37,032 nucleotides of DNA, from the IMG/VR virus record IMGVR_UViG_3300032219_000696, positions 1 through 37,032 of that record; one strand, given 5' to 3'. This DNA comes from a virus (taxonomy: Duplodnaviria; Caudoviricetes). Of this stretch, positions 1 to 10,992 are shown in pieces. The stretch's first letter is position 1. Each line of letters starts with the position of its first letter. The position numbers and the translations under genes were made by a program. The notes beneath the pieces were generated by a model, which made no database searches, was not told the DNA's origin, and worked only from the letters and a program-made list of their open reading frames with translations.

Positions 1-416
1 AGGACAAACAGGCAATGCAATTATTAGCGGCATTACATTTACTGGGGTTGACTACAACGGGGTTGTTTCGTTGACTGCCGCTACAAGTACTACTTTTACA
101 TTTGTGACAGCGGGGGTTACGAATGCGGTAATAGGAACAACGCCTAGAGTTACACAAATCCTTGTTAACGACTCTGCTGCTGGCAACGTCCGTGCATCCT
201 GCTTGTTTAGTAACCCTAACGAGCAATCCAAGGAGTACGTTATCGTAGCGTTGGATACTGTTGCTAAGAAGATCGACCTTGATACCTATGCGGTAACTAC
301 GATCACCTACCCAGCTTCACAGACGGTAGATGCGTTTACGGATATGCAGCAATGCTTTGACAAGGTGATCTTGTTCCGTGAGGGCAAGCAAGCACTTGTC
401 TGGGATGGTACTAGTG
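1..416. repeat. Terminal overlap, copy 1 (circular or circularly permuted genome)
   Basis: Matches 36614-37032 apart from scattered SNPs and a 3-nt indel, all within ~109-333. Confidence 0.97.
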
Positions 417-1903
417 CTGCGTTTACGGTTATGGTAGGTGGTGATTACACCCAGCCTGTGATTATTGATAATGGTGGTGCTAATAATATTGTAACAACAA
501 ACGGTGTTACAACCGTAACGCACAATGTTGCTCATAACCTTGTTGAAGGAGACATTGTTGAGATTATTGCAATTGGTAGCGGAACAATTACAGGCCCAGT
601 AATTGGTGACCAGTATTACGTTGCAAGTATACCAACCTCATTAACTTTTACAATATATGTAGATTGGGAAGACCACCCAAGCCATAAAATTACCTTCACA
701 AAGCCCCAGAGCAGTGGTGGCGGGTTTATGCACCTACCAGGCGCACCGTGGGGGACGTACTTCCAGAGACGCTTGTTTGTGCCGTACTACTACGACCAGT
801 CTGGTACTAGCACCGTTACATTTACAGACAGGAACATCCGTGACGAGGTGGCAATTAGCGACATCCTCGACGAGAATACGTACGATCAGATCTACAACCA
901 GTTCCGTATTTCAGGTGGTACGGCAGACCAAGTGGTGGCAATGCACGGGTTCTTCGATGATACGATGATTGTGCTAAACCGTAACAGCATCCACTCGATC
1001 AGCAACACGTCTGGCAACCTCACAGACACGGTTGTACGCGAACTTACTGGCGAAGTTGGATGCCTTGCCCGTAAGACGGTGTTGATGCGTGGTAATACCA
1101 TGTATTTCCTGTCTGACAACGGTGTGTACGGTCTTGAGTTCCTCAATGACTACAACCTGCGGGGCATGGATCAACCGCTTTCCAAGAATATCCAGCCGTA
1201 CATCGACAGGATTAACCCTGACAAGGCGGATAAGGCCGTAGCGGTGTACTTTGACAACCGATATTTCCTTGCTGTACCGCTCGATAGCGTTGCTGGTGCT
1301 AACGATGCCATTGGTAACAACGCAGTATTGGTGTATAACTTCTTGAACAAGGGGTGGGAGTCTATTGATACCTACGGGAACAACCAATTTATCATCACAG
1401 ACTATATCACAGCTTCTGGCGGGGTGCGGAATAACTTGTACACGGTTACAAGCAACGGTGGCCTACACCAAATGGAGTTTGCTGAGTCGATCCAAGACAG
1501 ATTAAGCGTGTCAAACCTAAGCAACGACATTGTTACACCGCAGATTGCCGCATCGTTGACATCTAGGGGCTATAATTTCAACACTCTAGAGCGGAAACGC
1601 TTTACGGACACACAAATCCAGATGCAGAACCTTGCTGGCGAGACTGGCGAGTATAGCATCTCATTTGCCGCTGAAGACCCAGACTTTGCTGCTGCCATTG
1701 GCACAACGTCTACGTTCCTCGGTGGCATGCTCACGCCTAGCACGACTAACGAGGCTGAGACTGCGACTATCCGCTGCCGTATTGGTGGTGTGCGTGGGTT
1801 TACTGGCACTTTAATACTTAACAGGACTCAAGGTAGTCCGAAGATTCACTCAATCATGGTCGCGGGTTCCGTGACCAACAGACAAATCATTTCACAAAAA
1901 TAA
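2..1903 (+). CDS. Tail nozzle/stabilisation protein, 3' part (continues the ORF starting at 35826; ~900 aa joined)
   Basis: In frame with the 35826 ORF across the overlap. Beta-propeller-like features (YFLSDNGVYGL, AVYFDNRYFLAVP, VLVYNFLNKGW) and a position before the ejection genes. Confidence 0.75.
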   Translation, partial: GQTGNAIISGITFTGVDYNGVVSLTAATSTTFTFVTAGVTNAVIGTTPRVTQILVNDSAAGNVRASCLFSNPNEQSKEYVIVALDTVAKKIDLDTYAVTTITYPASQTVDAFTDMQQCFDKVILFREGKQALVWDGTSAAFTVMVGGDYTQPVIIDNGGANNIVTTNGVTTVTHNVAHNLVEGDIVEIIAIGSGTITGPVIGDQYYVASIPTSLTFTIYVDWEDHPSHKITFTKPQSSGGGFMHLPGAPWGTYFQRRLFVPYYYDQSGTSTVTFTDRNIRDEVAISDILDENTYDQIYNQFRISGGTADQVVAMHGFFDDTMIVLNRNSIHSISNTSGNLTDTVVRELTGEVGCLARKTVLMRGNTMYFLSDNGVYGLEFLNDYNLRGMDQPLSKNIQPYIDRINPDKADKAVAVYFDNRYFLAVPLDSVAGANDAIGNNAVLVYNFLNKGWESIDTYGNNQFIITDYITASGGVRNNLYTVTSNGGLHQMEFAESIQDRLSVSNLSNDIVTPQIAASLTSRGYNFNTLERKRFTDTQIQMQNLAGETGEYSISFAAEDPDFAAAIGTTSTFLGGMLTPSTTNEAETATIRCRIGGVRGFTGTLILNRTQGSPKIHSIMVAGSVTNRQIISQK

Positions 1904-1907
1904 TATT

Positions 1908-2588
1908 ATGGGAGTACTAGACACTACATACACATTTACTGCCACAGACGTTGTCACAAGTGCAAAGCTCAATAACGTGATCGACCAGACTATGTTTACA
2001 AGTAGTGCTTTTAGTAATACAACACTTGCAATTAACTCATCTGGACAATTAAGAGTAAATACAAGCGGTATTACTCAACTTGAGCTAGCTGATAATTCTG
2101 TTATTACGGCAAAAATCTCAGATAATAACGTAACTACCTCAAAGATTCTTGATGCTAATGTTACGCAAGCAAAGATTGGCGCAAATGTTGTTGGTAAAGG
2201 CCCAGCATTTAGGGCAAGTGCAACTATAACTACTTCTATTGGAGTTCAAACACACACGCCGGTAAATCTTACAGTAGTTTTTGATACAAATTCTAATTTT
2301 GCAAGTAATAAATTTACTGCAACAGTTGCTGGATACTATTTAGTCTCAGGACAGATATTTAGCAATGTTGGACCAAATGGATTTTTAGCATCAATAGCAA
2401 AAAATAATATTCAACATTCATTTGGAACACAAGATGTTGGACAATCATTTAGGTCGGTTGTATCTGATGTAATTTATTTAAATATTGGTGATTTTATTGA
2501 ACTTCACGCTTACGCCGCAGTAGCAACAACTATACAGACTAGTATTGCAGATACATATTTTTCAGGTTGCCTAATACGTTCTGCATGA
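1908..2588 (+). CDS. Short tail fibre/spike with C1q-like C-terminal domain
   Basis: VTSAKLN N-terminus and (V/I)TxxKI repeats. PAFRAS...FTATVAGYYLVS...YLNIGDFIEL...YFSGCLI resembles a C1q/TNF-like fold. Confidence 0.65.
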   Translation: MGVLDTTYTFTATDVVTSAKLNNVIDQTMFTSSAFSNTTLAINSSGQLRVNTSGITQLELADNSVITAKISDNNVTTSKILDANVTQAKIGANVVGKGPAFRASATITTSIGVQTHTPVNLTVVFDTNSNFASNKFTATVAGYYLVSGQIFSNVGPNGFLASIAKNNIQHSFGTQDVGQSFRSVVSDVIYLNIGDFIELHAYAAVATTIQTSIADTYFSGCLIRSA

Positions 2589-2929
2589 ACAAACACCTAG
2601 CAGGTACAATAGAACTATATGAAAGAAACAAGCTCGACTTACAAGAACTCATCACATGGCATCTTTGCCACGGTGTGGTCGTTTGCGACAAGCATTCTTT
2701 CGCGTTGTGCTACTACTCTGACTCAAACAACCCCGAAGAAGCACGGGAACACCATGATTCCAACACGTTGTTTGTCACCATCTGCACGGGGAATATGCGG
2801 AACGCACTCGCAAAGTTCGTCCCCGATTTCGATTACATATCATTTCAACGAGACTTCAAACAATCTCCCCGTGTCAGGGTCTACGACATTCTAAAATTCT
2901 ACAAAAAACTCAAACAAGATCATGGGTAA
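2585..2929 (+). CDS. Small protein between tail and ejection genes, possibly GNAT-like
   Basis: ATGA overlap with the upstream gene. Podoviruses often carry an acetyltransferase-like gene at this position. Confidence 0.45.
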   Translation: MNKHLAGTIELYERNKLDLQELITWHLCHGVVVCDKHSFALCYYSDSNNPEEAREHHDSNTLFVTICTGNMRNALAKFVPDFDYISFQRDFKQSPRVRVYDILKFYKKLKQDHG

Positions 2930-3899
2930 AACTAAAAAAGTCAAAGCTCCCAAGGCTAATTACGGTGCTGATATTAACAAGTTGCTCGGTGCATACCAGC
3001 AATCAATGCCTAGCACCATGGCGTTTGAGGGTCAGTACCGTCCGCAGTTCCAAGGACTGAATCTAGGTGATATCTCAGCGTTTACGCAGGGTGTAGGTGG
3101 GCAGCAAGGTTACTACGGACAAATGCGTGGTGCTACGCAAGAAGCAGGACGGCAACTTGGTGAAGCTAGATCCGCGGAACTAGGTCAGATGACTGGTCAA
3201 GCAGGTCAGGCACGGGGTCTGTTGCAAGCAATGTCACCAGAGGCAGCAGCACGGGTACAGCAATCGCAGGAGCAAGCACTACAGGCGCAGGGTCTGGCTG
3301 GGTTGTACCAAGGTCAGAGCCAAGGGTACGTCAACCAAGCCAACACGCTGGGTAATGAGGCATTCGCTCGACGTGGGTATCTATCCCCAGAGCAGATGCG
3401 TAACGCGCAGCAGGAGGCCCGTGGGAGCGCACAGGCGGCAGGACGTATCGGTGGGAACCTCGGTATAGCCAGTGAGATACTAAACCGTGAGAATGCACTT
3501 GCATCGCGTCGAGGAGAGGCCGCTACAGCAGGTCTTAACGCCTTCAACCAGTTCCAAGCGCAACAAGGCATGATGGGCAACCTCCGTGGTGAGGCACAAG
3601 GGTCAAACCTTAATGCTTACAATTTAGGTCAGCAGTTCTATAGTCCTGGGTTACAAATGCTAGGGTCTACACCACTGAGCTACCAAACAGGGCAACAAAA
3701 CTTAGGCGTAGGCTTGCAACAAATCGGTCGCGGAACACCTGGACTATTCGACGCAGGGCAAGCACTAAACCTTGGTGCAACCGAACGTAGTAACCAACTA
3801 GCGGCACAGCAAGCAAACGCACAAATGAAAGCACAGCAAAATGCCGGAATACTTGGTAGTATTGGTAGCATTGCTGGTGGATACCTAGCAGGACGATAA
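2922..3899 (+). CDS. Internal virion/DNA ejection protein
   Basis: Gln/Ala/Gly-rich helical sequence with a GILGSIGSIAGG tail; gene position. Confidence 0.65.
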   Translation: MGKTKKVKAPKANYGADINKLLGAYQQSMPSTMAFEGQYRPQFQGLNLGDISAFTQGVGGQQGYYGQMRGATQEAGRQLGEARSAELGQMTGQAGQARGLLQAMSPEAAARVQQSQEQALQAQGLAGLYQGQSQGYVNQANTLGNEAFARRGYLSPEQMRNAQQEARGSAQAAGRIGGNLGIASEILNRENALASRRGEAATAGLNAFNQFQAQQGMMGNLRGEAQGSNLNAYNLGQQFYSPGLQMLGSTPLSYQTGQQNLGVGLQQIGRGTPGLFDAGQALNLGATERSNQLAAQQANAQMKAQQNAGILGSIGSIAGGYLAGR

Positions 3900-3925
3900 G
3901 ACTAATAATTTGCACATTTAATATC

Positions 3926-5758
3926 ATGGCACTACTAGGAGCATCAATTGACCCCAGCCTGTTTAGACAGGACTACTCTGGGTTTGTAAACGCAGCAAAC
4001 ACCAACGCTAACGCAATGGCGGGGCTAGGGCAGACTATCGCTGGAGGCATTGAGAGATACGGAGAAGAAAAGCAAAACCGTAAAAAACTTGATGCTAGTA
4101 TCAAAGCAAGTGTCACGGGTATTGAGAGTGCCATCAAAATGGGCAAAAGCCTCGGCATTGATATTGAATCAAGTTTGTCTCCGTATCTACAAAAGATAAA
4201 CGATCCTAATATCTCTCCTATTGAAGCAGCAGCTTACGCTAAAGAAGCGTCAAATTCCATTAGCAATGTTTTGAATTTTGGAATGGAAGGAAGAAAGTTT
4301 GATACAGAACAAAACAGGTTGGATCAACAAGCTACATTGCAAAGGAATCAACTTATTGCTGATCAAAAAGCCGCAATGCGAGCTGAATCAAGAAAAGCTC
4401 CAACTACTCAAAAATTTGGTGTTCAAGGTGGAGAACAAGATATGGTATGGAATGCTGATACTCAGTCTTGGGAAAAACCCAGAATAAGTGGTGGGCTTGT
4501 AGATATTGTAAAAAGTTTTGAAGGGTTTAATCCAAACGCTTATAGTGATTATAAACAAACAAGTGTTGGATATGGGACAAGGGGTAAAGAAGGTGAAGTC
4601 CTAACTGAATCACAGGCAACTGAAAGATTGAATACTGAACTATCAGTACACGCTAAAAGAATTAAGGATGCTGCTGAACTTAAAGGAGTCAGTTTGAATG
4701 AAAACCAATTTAACGCTCTTGCCTCGTTTGATTTTAACACAGGTCAAGGAGCAAGTCTAATTGAAAGATTTGGTGATAAGCCTAACGAATTGGTTGCAAA
4801 AATGCAAGAATATACAAAAGCTGGAGGGGAAGATCTTCCAGGGCTTGTTAATCGCAGAAGAATGGAATCTGCCTTATTCTTGACCCCTGTTGAATCTTCT
4901 GTCGGCTTTACTCCAACAAAGACTCAAGGAAAATTCACAAGAGCTACTCCAGAACAAGCAGCCCAATATAATGCTTCCGCAGGTCAATTTGATGAAGAAG
5001 GAAAATTTTATCCATTTAATCCGCCAACTGGAACATCTTTCAAAACAAATCCAGATGGAAGCGTTGAGTATATTACTGGAGCAGGAGTAAGTCAAAAAAC
5101 TGAAAATGCAGCTAAAGCGGGAGAGCAGTTAAAAAACGAGTCATTTAGACTTAACCAAGCAAATACTGAAGAAGCATTCATACGTCTTGATACAGCAGGA
5201 ACAAATAACCCTGTTTTTGCAGCAGGAAATGCTTTACTTGCTGAGGCTTTGCCAGCATCAGAAACAGGAGAATTAGCTGGGTTTTATGAAAGAATAAATG
5301 GAGAAAACTCTTTTATAAAAATGAAACAGCAAAGAGACAGCTCTGTAACTGGAGGAGCTTCTGGAACAATGACTGAAAAAGAATGGCCTAGATATGAAGG
5401 TCGATTTTCTCCACTTAAAATAAACGCAAGGAAGGATACAATAGCTAAATCCCTTAGTTTGAATCTTCTTAACTCATTTGAAGCAATCAATGGAATGCCA
5501 GATGATGTTATTAAGGCTTTTGACGAAAAGAAAATAACACAAACTGAATACGATAAATATGTTAGCGACTACATAACAAATAGGCAAATTGCGCGAGTGA
5601 ATGCTAATGGCGTTGAAGGTAAGTCATATGAATGGACAAAGCTAAATAAAAATCTTTTGAGCAAGTCAACTATTTACGAAGCTCCTGCTACTTCAAGTGA
5701 CGGGGTTGGATTAGATCAAGGAGCAAGAGACGTATTGCAAGAATTCAAAAATCAATGA
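3926..5758 (+). CDS. Internal virion protein with embedded GH24 phage lysozyme domain
   Basis: IVKSFEG...AYSD...TSVGYGT...NQFNALASFDFNTG...GLVNRRRMESALF. Confidence 0.85.
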   Translation: MALLGASIDPSLFRQDYSGFVNAANTNANAMAGLGQTIAGGIERYGEEKQNRKKLDASIKASVTGIESAIKMGKSLGIDIESSLSPYLQKINDPNISPIEAAAYAKEASNSISNVLNFGMEGRKFDTEQNRLDQQATLQRNQLIADQKAAMRAESRKAPTTQKFGVQGGEQDMVWNADTQSWEKPRISGGLVDIVKSFEGFNPNAYSDYKQTSVGYGTRGKEGEVLTESQATERLNTELSVHAKRIKDAAELKGVSLNENQFNALASFDFNTGQGASLIERFGDKPNELVAKMQEYTKAGGEDLPGLVNRRRMESALFLTPVESSVGFTPTKTQGKFTRATPEQAAQYNASAGQFDEEGKFYPFNPPTGTSFKTNPDGSVEYITGAGVSQKTENAAKAGEQLKNESFRLNQANTEEAFIRLDTAGTNNPVFAAGNALLAEALPASETGELAGFYERINGENSFIKMKQQRDSSVTGGASGTMTEKEWPRYEGRFSPLKINARKDTIAKSLSLNLLNSFEAINGMPDDVIKAFDEKKITQTEYDKYVSDYITNRQIARVNANGVEGKSYEWTKLNKNLLSKSTIYEAPATSSDGVGLDQGARDVLQEFKNQ

Positions 5759-8700
5759 GCGATCTTCAAAAAAACAAAGAGATAATTAAAACTGATCTTT
5801 CAGATCTTTCACTTGGCATTGTTGAGATTGGTAAAAGACTTAGACAAGCTAAAGCAGAAGGTAAAGAAGCAGACCCTTCTCTTTTAGATAAATTAAGGTT
5901 TTTTGAAGGAAAGTCTGAAGAACTTCAAATTCAATACTCTTCACTTCAACAACAAGAAGAAAAGCCAGAACAAGAACGCATTAGCAAACTTGGACAGGAG
6001 CTTAGGACTCCGTATGCAGCAGGTACATCAGTAGTATATTCTCCTTATGGTTTAATGCCAAATGCTCCAAACCTTACTGGAGGTAATGTTAATCCAACAA
6101 CACTAGAACAAGATACACAAAGAAAACGTGAGATTGTAGGTGAACTTTACAATGCTCCAGCAGGTAGTCGAGAAGCAGAGCAACTTCCAGCAGGAGTTAG
6201 GGCTGGTGTTGGTGCATTACCTACACCAGAGTCAGAACTTGAATACTTAAAAAGAACATATCCAAACTCAAATATTGCACCAATTGACATTGGTGGGAAT
6301 ACTGAGTATTTGATAAAGAATCAAGACAATACTAGCTTTACAACGCTTGATAAAGGTGTTGCAGGAACTGCTGGAATGCTTGCAGTTGAAGCACCGCTTG
6401 CTGTTGCTGAAATTGGTGCTACATTAGGAACGCTAGCAGCAACAAAAAGCCCAATTACTGCAACTCTTGCTGGTGGCGCAACAAGAGCAACACTTGGACC
6501 TATTGCGGATTCTATAACAAGAGCAGCATTAAGTATGCCTCAAAAAGTTGTTGAAAGCCTTGGACGAAGAGGTTTAGAAGCAGCTATTGGAACAGCGGCT
6601 GGATTAGGAATAGATGTGATTCCATCCACAATGATTGCCGCTAGAATGCCAAGCAGTTTTAAAAATGAGTTTTTAAAGGCTTATCAAGGATCTGTTAAAA
6701 GACTGGGTCTTCCCGAAACTGCTGTTCCTGCTGGCGCACAATTTGGAAAACAAGGACTTGAAACCGCTCAAGAACTAAGTGGGCAATTTCCAAGAACTGG
6801 AATTGCGTCAAATATGAGAAAAGCTCAAGAAAGTATTCGCACTCTTTTTGAGGGCCTAAAGAAAGGCGTTCCTGCTACGGCTAATGATTTTAGTGCTATT
6901 GCCGTCAATCAAGATGGACAACGCCGCGCACTTGCAAATAGTATTGCTAGATCTAATGATAAAAATACTTTACTTATTGAAGATAGGGTAAATCAAATAC
7001 TTAGACCTCCCGCAAAAGCAAACGTAGATGATTTGGGCAAAATATTTAGAGATACTGTTGCCTCAGCGGAAGATCAAGCAATTAAATCAACAACTGCACA
7101 ATATGACGTATTAGCTGATGTAGCGAATGCTTCTGGATTTAAAATAAGCGCAAAACAATTATTGGATGCTTTGCCAAGACTTAAAGGAAAAGTAAACTTT
7201 GCTGGAGCATTTGATGAATCAGCAGTAAACAGCGTAGAATCAAGGTTGAAATTATTAGCACTAGATGAAAATAAAATTTCTTCAATTCAAAAATTAATAG
7301 ACGCTGAAAAAGATCCTTCTGTTGTTGCACAGTTGCAAAATCAAATACAACAAATTAAAAAAACAGACCAATTAGACTTTAGGTCTTTCGATGCTTGGAT
7401 TAGAGCGTTTAATGATGCTAGACCTGATGGTGGAGCCGTTGGAGGAACAACAACAGATGTTTTTGGCAGTGGTATTTCTGGTGAGTTATCAGAATTAAGA
7501 CGCAATATTTACAGCAAATTTAATGTTGCACTTCCAGATGGAACGGTTGGAAATCTCGGGAAAGAATTCCAGAAAGCAACTGAACTAGTTAAAACTAGAG
7601 GAACGTTTGAGGGAAATATCCTTGGTAGAGTTTTAAAAGAAGTTGTTGGAGAACAAGCAACAACCCCAAGAGATATTGTTAGTTCTGTTATGAAGGAACC
7701 GTTTACTATCAATAGAGTTCTTCAAGCATCAAGAGAACTTGAATTAGCCGACCCAACACAAGCGGGTATTACTCAAAAAATGCAACAAATGATGCAGGTT
7801 CAATACCTTAATGATCTTGGTATGGGTAGCAAAAAGGGAGTCGCACTACTTGATTATGATCAAGGTATGCTTGATTCATTATATGGTAATAAATCGGCAG
7901 CAATAGCTAGGGGATTGGATAGCATAAATGGCAAACTTAGGGTTTTAAAATCAGCAAATGTGCCACAGATGACCCTTACTGATTTAAATTCGTTGTCTTC
8001 TGCTCTTAGTAAAGATGCTAGAGATGAAGTAGCTAACGGGATAATCAAAAGAAACGCTTTAGAAAGACAAGAAGAAGCATTGGTTACATCTTCAATATTC
8101 AAGGCCGCTAAAAAAGGAAATTTTAAGGATATTGATCCAGATTTGCTTTCTAAATCAATACTTTCAAAAGAAAATACCATTAAGGATACTGAAACAGTAA
8201 TGGTACAACTTGGAAAGTTATCACCAGAATCAAGGAATCTTTTTAAGGGTGACTTTATGCGAAATTTGCTTGATGATTATTCTGGTGGTGTTCCTTCTGC
8301 TAGTGCGCCATATACACCATTGTTTGACGCTAAAAAGTTTCTTGCAAATTGGGAATCACCAACTGGAAAGTCTCAATTTGCTCAAAAATTAGAAATTGTT
8401 CTTGGGCAGAAAGATGCTCAGTTCATGTATGACTTAGCCAAAGTTTATGAAGGCAATACTATAACTGATATTGCCGCTAAAGGAAGCAACCTTAGAACAA
8501 TTAAAAATCAAGGGGGAACAACTTATGTTCTTCCAATTACTCCAATTCTTACTGCTGGTAAAAATCGTTACCTAGCAGCAATGCTTTCAACAGGAACAGA
8601 ACGATATGGAGTAAAATCCGCTCTTGCTAGGAATGCTTTGCCTGGAGAGGTAAATGACGCTTACGTTAAAATGTTCAAGGGAACTTTTATGACAAGACAG

Positions 8701-8814
8701 GGAATTACCGCATTAGCAAACCAAGCATCGAGCGATCCAGAGTTTTCCGCTGAATTACAAAATGCACTTAAAGACTTCAATGAAAAAGAAGGCTTGCAGT
8801 TCAAGCAGGATTAG
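5755..8814 (+). CDS. Large internal virion/ejection protein
   Basis: 1019 aa, helical, with Gly/Ala-rich hydrophobic stretches; third gene of the ejection cluster. Confidence 0.65.
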   Translation: MSDLQKNKEIIKTDLSDLSLGIVEIGKRLRQAKAEGKEADPSLLDKLRFFEGKSEELQIQYSSLQQQEEKPEQERISKLGQELRTPYAAGTSVVYSPYGLMPNAPNLTGGNVNPTTLEQDTQRKREIVGELYNAPAGSREAEQLPAGVRAGVGALPTPESELEYLKRTYPNSNIAPIDIGGNTEYLIKNQDNTSFTTLDKGVAGTAGMLAVEAPLAVAEIGATLGTLAATKSPITATLAGGATRATLGPIADSITRAALSMPQKVVESLGRRGLEAAIGTAAGLGIDVIPSTMIAARMPSSFKNEFLKAYQGSVKRLGLPETAVPAGAQFGKQGLETAQELSGQFPRTGIASNMRKAQESIRTLFEGLKKGVPATANDFSAIAVNQDGQRRALANSIARSNDKNTLLIEDRVNQILRPPAKANVDDLGKIFRDTVASAEDQAIKSTTAQYDVLADVANASGFKISAKQLLDALPRLKGKVNFAGAFDESAVNSVESRLKLLALDENKISSIQKLIDAEKDPSVVAQLQNQIQQIKKTDQLDFRSFDAWIRAFNDARPDGGAVGGTTTDVFGSGISGELSELRRNIYSKFNVALPDGTVGNLGKEFQKATELVKTRGTFEGNILGRVLKEVVGEQATTPRDIVSSVMKEPFTINRVLQASRELELADPTQAGITQKMQQMMQVQYLNDLGMGSKKGVALLDYDQGMLDSLYGNKSAAIARGLDSINGKLRVLKSANVPQMTLTDLNSLSSALSKDARDEVANGIIKRNALERQEEALVTSSIFKAAKKGNFKDIDPDLLSKSILSKENTIKDTETVMVQLGKLSPESRNLFKGDFMRNLLDDYSGGVPSASAPYTPLFDAKKFLANWESPTGKSQFAQKLEIVLGQKDAQFMYDLAKVYEGNTITDIAAKGSNLRTIKNQGGTTYVLPITPILTAGKNRYLAAMLSTGTERYGVKSALARNALPGEVNDAYVKMFKGTFMTRQGITALANQASSDPEFSAELQNALKDFNEKEGLQFKQD

Positions 8815-8839
8815 AGCTTAATTCTAAGCAACAAATAAC

Positions 8840-9391
8840 ATGAGTGATAACGAACTTCTTGAGATTGACAGCAAACAAGCAATTAAGGAGTTTTTTCTTG
8901 AGGTTAAAGAACGTGCGAAGCTATTCCCGCGCAACTCAATCGAGCATTACAATCCTAACGTAGCTGCACAGATCCTATGGATGCTTGCACAAGGTGGACG
9001 TATTAGCGTAATTGCTAAGAAGTGCAAAGTATCGCATGAGCTAGTTAGGTCGCTAGAATGGCGGCATAACGACACGCTTGAGTCAAAGCGTAAGGAGTTC
9101 TCTAAACGCTACGCTATTGCTGCGGCTGAGTACACCGATCTATTGTTTGAGAAAGCGGAACAATTGTCCAACGACCCAGAGCAATTGAAGATGATCTCGC
9201 CAGACCGTCTTGCGTTGACTATTGGCATTATGACAGACAAAGCTGGGCAACTATCTGGTATGGCAAGCACAATCGTAGAACATCGTAAGGGTGCAAGTAT
9301 TGACGATGCTGCCAAGATGATTGCTGAGGCAAAGTCTCGCATTGCTAATAAAATCAAGGAACAAGCAATTGAAGTCGAAGTTATTGAATAA
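8840..9391 (+). CDS. terS: Terminase small subunit (probable)
   Basis: N-terminal HTH-like segment and coiled coil; overlaps the terL start. Confidence 0.7.
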   Translation: MSDNELLEIDSKQAIKEFFLEVKERAKLFPRNSIEHYNPNVAAQILWMLAQGGRISVIAKKCKVSHELVRSLEWRHNDTLESKRKEFSKRYAIAAAEYTDLLFEKAEQLSNDPEQLKMISPDRLALTIGIMTDKAGQLSGMASTIVEHRKGASIDDAAKMIAEAKSRIANKIKEQAIEVEVIE

Positions 9392-10989
9392 TGCAATGGC
9401 GTAATCATGCAATATTGCAACCTCCGTCAGACGACGAGATTTGTGCAATGGAACCAGATGAACTTATGGACATCCATAAAGTTTATCACGAAGCTATTGA
9501 TAACGCCGAAAGAGATCCATACAGGTATGGATTTAGATTGCCGCATTGGGAAAAGGCAGAAGAGCAATTGTCACAAGTCTCTGAGGTTCTGGCACTTGGT
9601 GGTAACAGGTCAGGGAAAACTGCCTGGGGTTCTTATTGCGTAGTCAAAGCTGCAATCGAAAATCCTAAGTCTGAGATCTTTTGCTTCTCACAAACGTCAG
9701 AGGTTAGTATACGTCAGCAACAAAGTGCAGTATGGAACTGGATTCCAAACGAGTTACGTACTAAGCAAACATCAGCAAACGCATACATCTCGTACACTAA
9801 GAAGAACGGATTTACAGACAATTCGTTGATCTTCCCCAATGGTTCGCAGATCATCTTCAAGACGTACTCACAGTATCAGAATAATCCAACGATCCTAGAA
9901 GGTGCTGAACTTGGCAGTAAAGACCCTAAATGGCACAATATCGGAGTATGGCTTGATGAATACTTGTTGGGAAACGAGCTAATTGACACGCTTCGATTTC
10001 GACTTGCGACTAGAAATTCAAAGTTGCTACTTACTTTTACCCCGATTGACGGGTGGACTGAAGTCATCAAGGAGTATCTAGACGGTGCGACAACCATCGA
10101 GAACGTCAAAGCTGAGTTGCTAAACGACGAGATCGTTCCATACGTCCAACGCAGCAAGAAGCGCAATGCTAGTGTTCATTACTTTCACTCTAAGGATAAT
10201 CCTTTTGGTGGCTACGAGCGTATCAAGGAAACTTTGATGGGCAGATCAAGGGAAGAGATACTTATCCGAGCATACGGAGTACCAGTAAAGTCTCATGCTA
10301 CAAAGTTCCCTCGCTTTAACAAGGAAGTCAATGTTGTCAAACCTCAAGAAATACCAACAACCAATGTCACAAGGTATCACGTTATCGACCCCGCTGGTGC
10401 TAAAAACTGGTTCATGTGCTGGATTGCCGTTGATGAATCAAATACATACTGGGTTTACCGTGAATGGCCTGGGGTTGACGTTGGTGACTGGGCTGAATGG
10501 CGTGGAGGCAAGTGGGTTGGTGGAGCTGGATCAAAGGGACAAGGATTTGGTATAAAAGACTACGTTGACACAATCCTAGAACTTGAAGAAGGTGAAGAGA
10601 TATTTGAGCGACTCATCGACCCAAGACTTGGTGCTGCAAAATACCAAGCAGCAGATAGTTCATCGAGCATCATCGAAGATCTAAACGAGCAGGAGATTAT
10701 TTGCATACCTGCACCTGGGATGGAGATTGATGACGGTCTACAAGCGTTGATCTCAAAAATGTCATGGGATACAACCAAACCCATAGATTCGGTAAATAGA
10801 CCACATTTCTACGTTAGTTCTGACTGCGAGAACATCATACAAGCACTTTCCGAGTACACTGGCGAGGGTGGATTAAAGGAAGCGTGGAAAGATCCGATTG
10901 ACGTATTGCGATATGCTGCTATTGCTGGTGTTGACCATGTTGATGAATCAAGGTCTTACTGCACAAGGCAAGGTTCTGGAGGATACTAA
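9391..10989 (+). CDS. terL: Terminase large subunit
   Basis: Walker A GGNRSGKT, Walker B WLDE, LTFTP motif, nuclease IDP and DPIDVLRY. Confidence 0.95.
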   Translation: MQWRNHAILQPPSDDEICAMEPDELMDIHKVYHEAIDNAERDPYRYGFRLPHWEKAEEQLSQVSEVLALGGNRSGKTAWGSYCVVKAAIENPKSEIFCFSQTSEVSIRQQQSAVWNWIPNELRTKQTSANAYISYTKKNGFTDNSLIFPNGSQIIFKTYSQYQNNPTILEGAELGSKDPKWHNIGVWLDEYLLGNELIDTLRFRLATRNSKLLLTFTPIDGWTEVIKEYLDGATTIENVKAELLNDEIVPYVQRSKKRNASVHYFHSKDNPFGGYERIKETLMGRSREEILIRAYGVPVKSHATKFPRFNKEVNVVKPQEIPTTNVTRYHVIDPAGAKNWFMCWIAVDESNTYWVYREWPGVDVGDWAEWRGGKWVGGAGSKGQGFGIKDYVDTILELEEGEEIFERLIDPRLGAAKYQAADSSSSIIEDLNEQEIICIPAPGMEIDDGLQALISKMSWDTTKPIDSVNRPHFYVSSDCENIIQALSEYTGEGGLKEAWKDPIDVLRYAAIAGVDHVDESRSYCTRQGSGGY

Positions 10990-10992
10990 TAC

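Noticed and set aside
1-416. Diverged repeat pair as a DGR template/variable repeat
   Set aside because: No reverse transcriptase; differences are mostly synonymous and not adenine-specific
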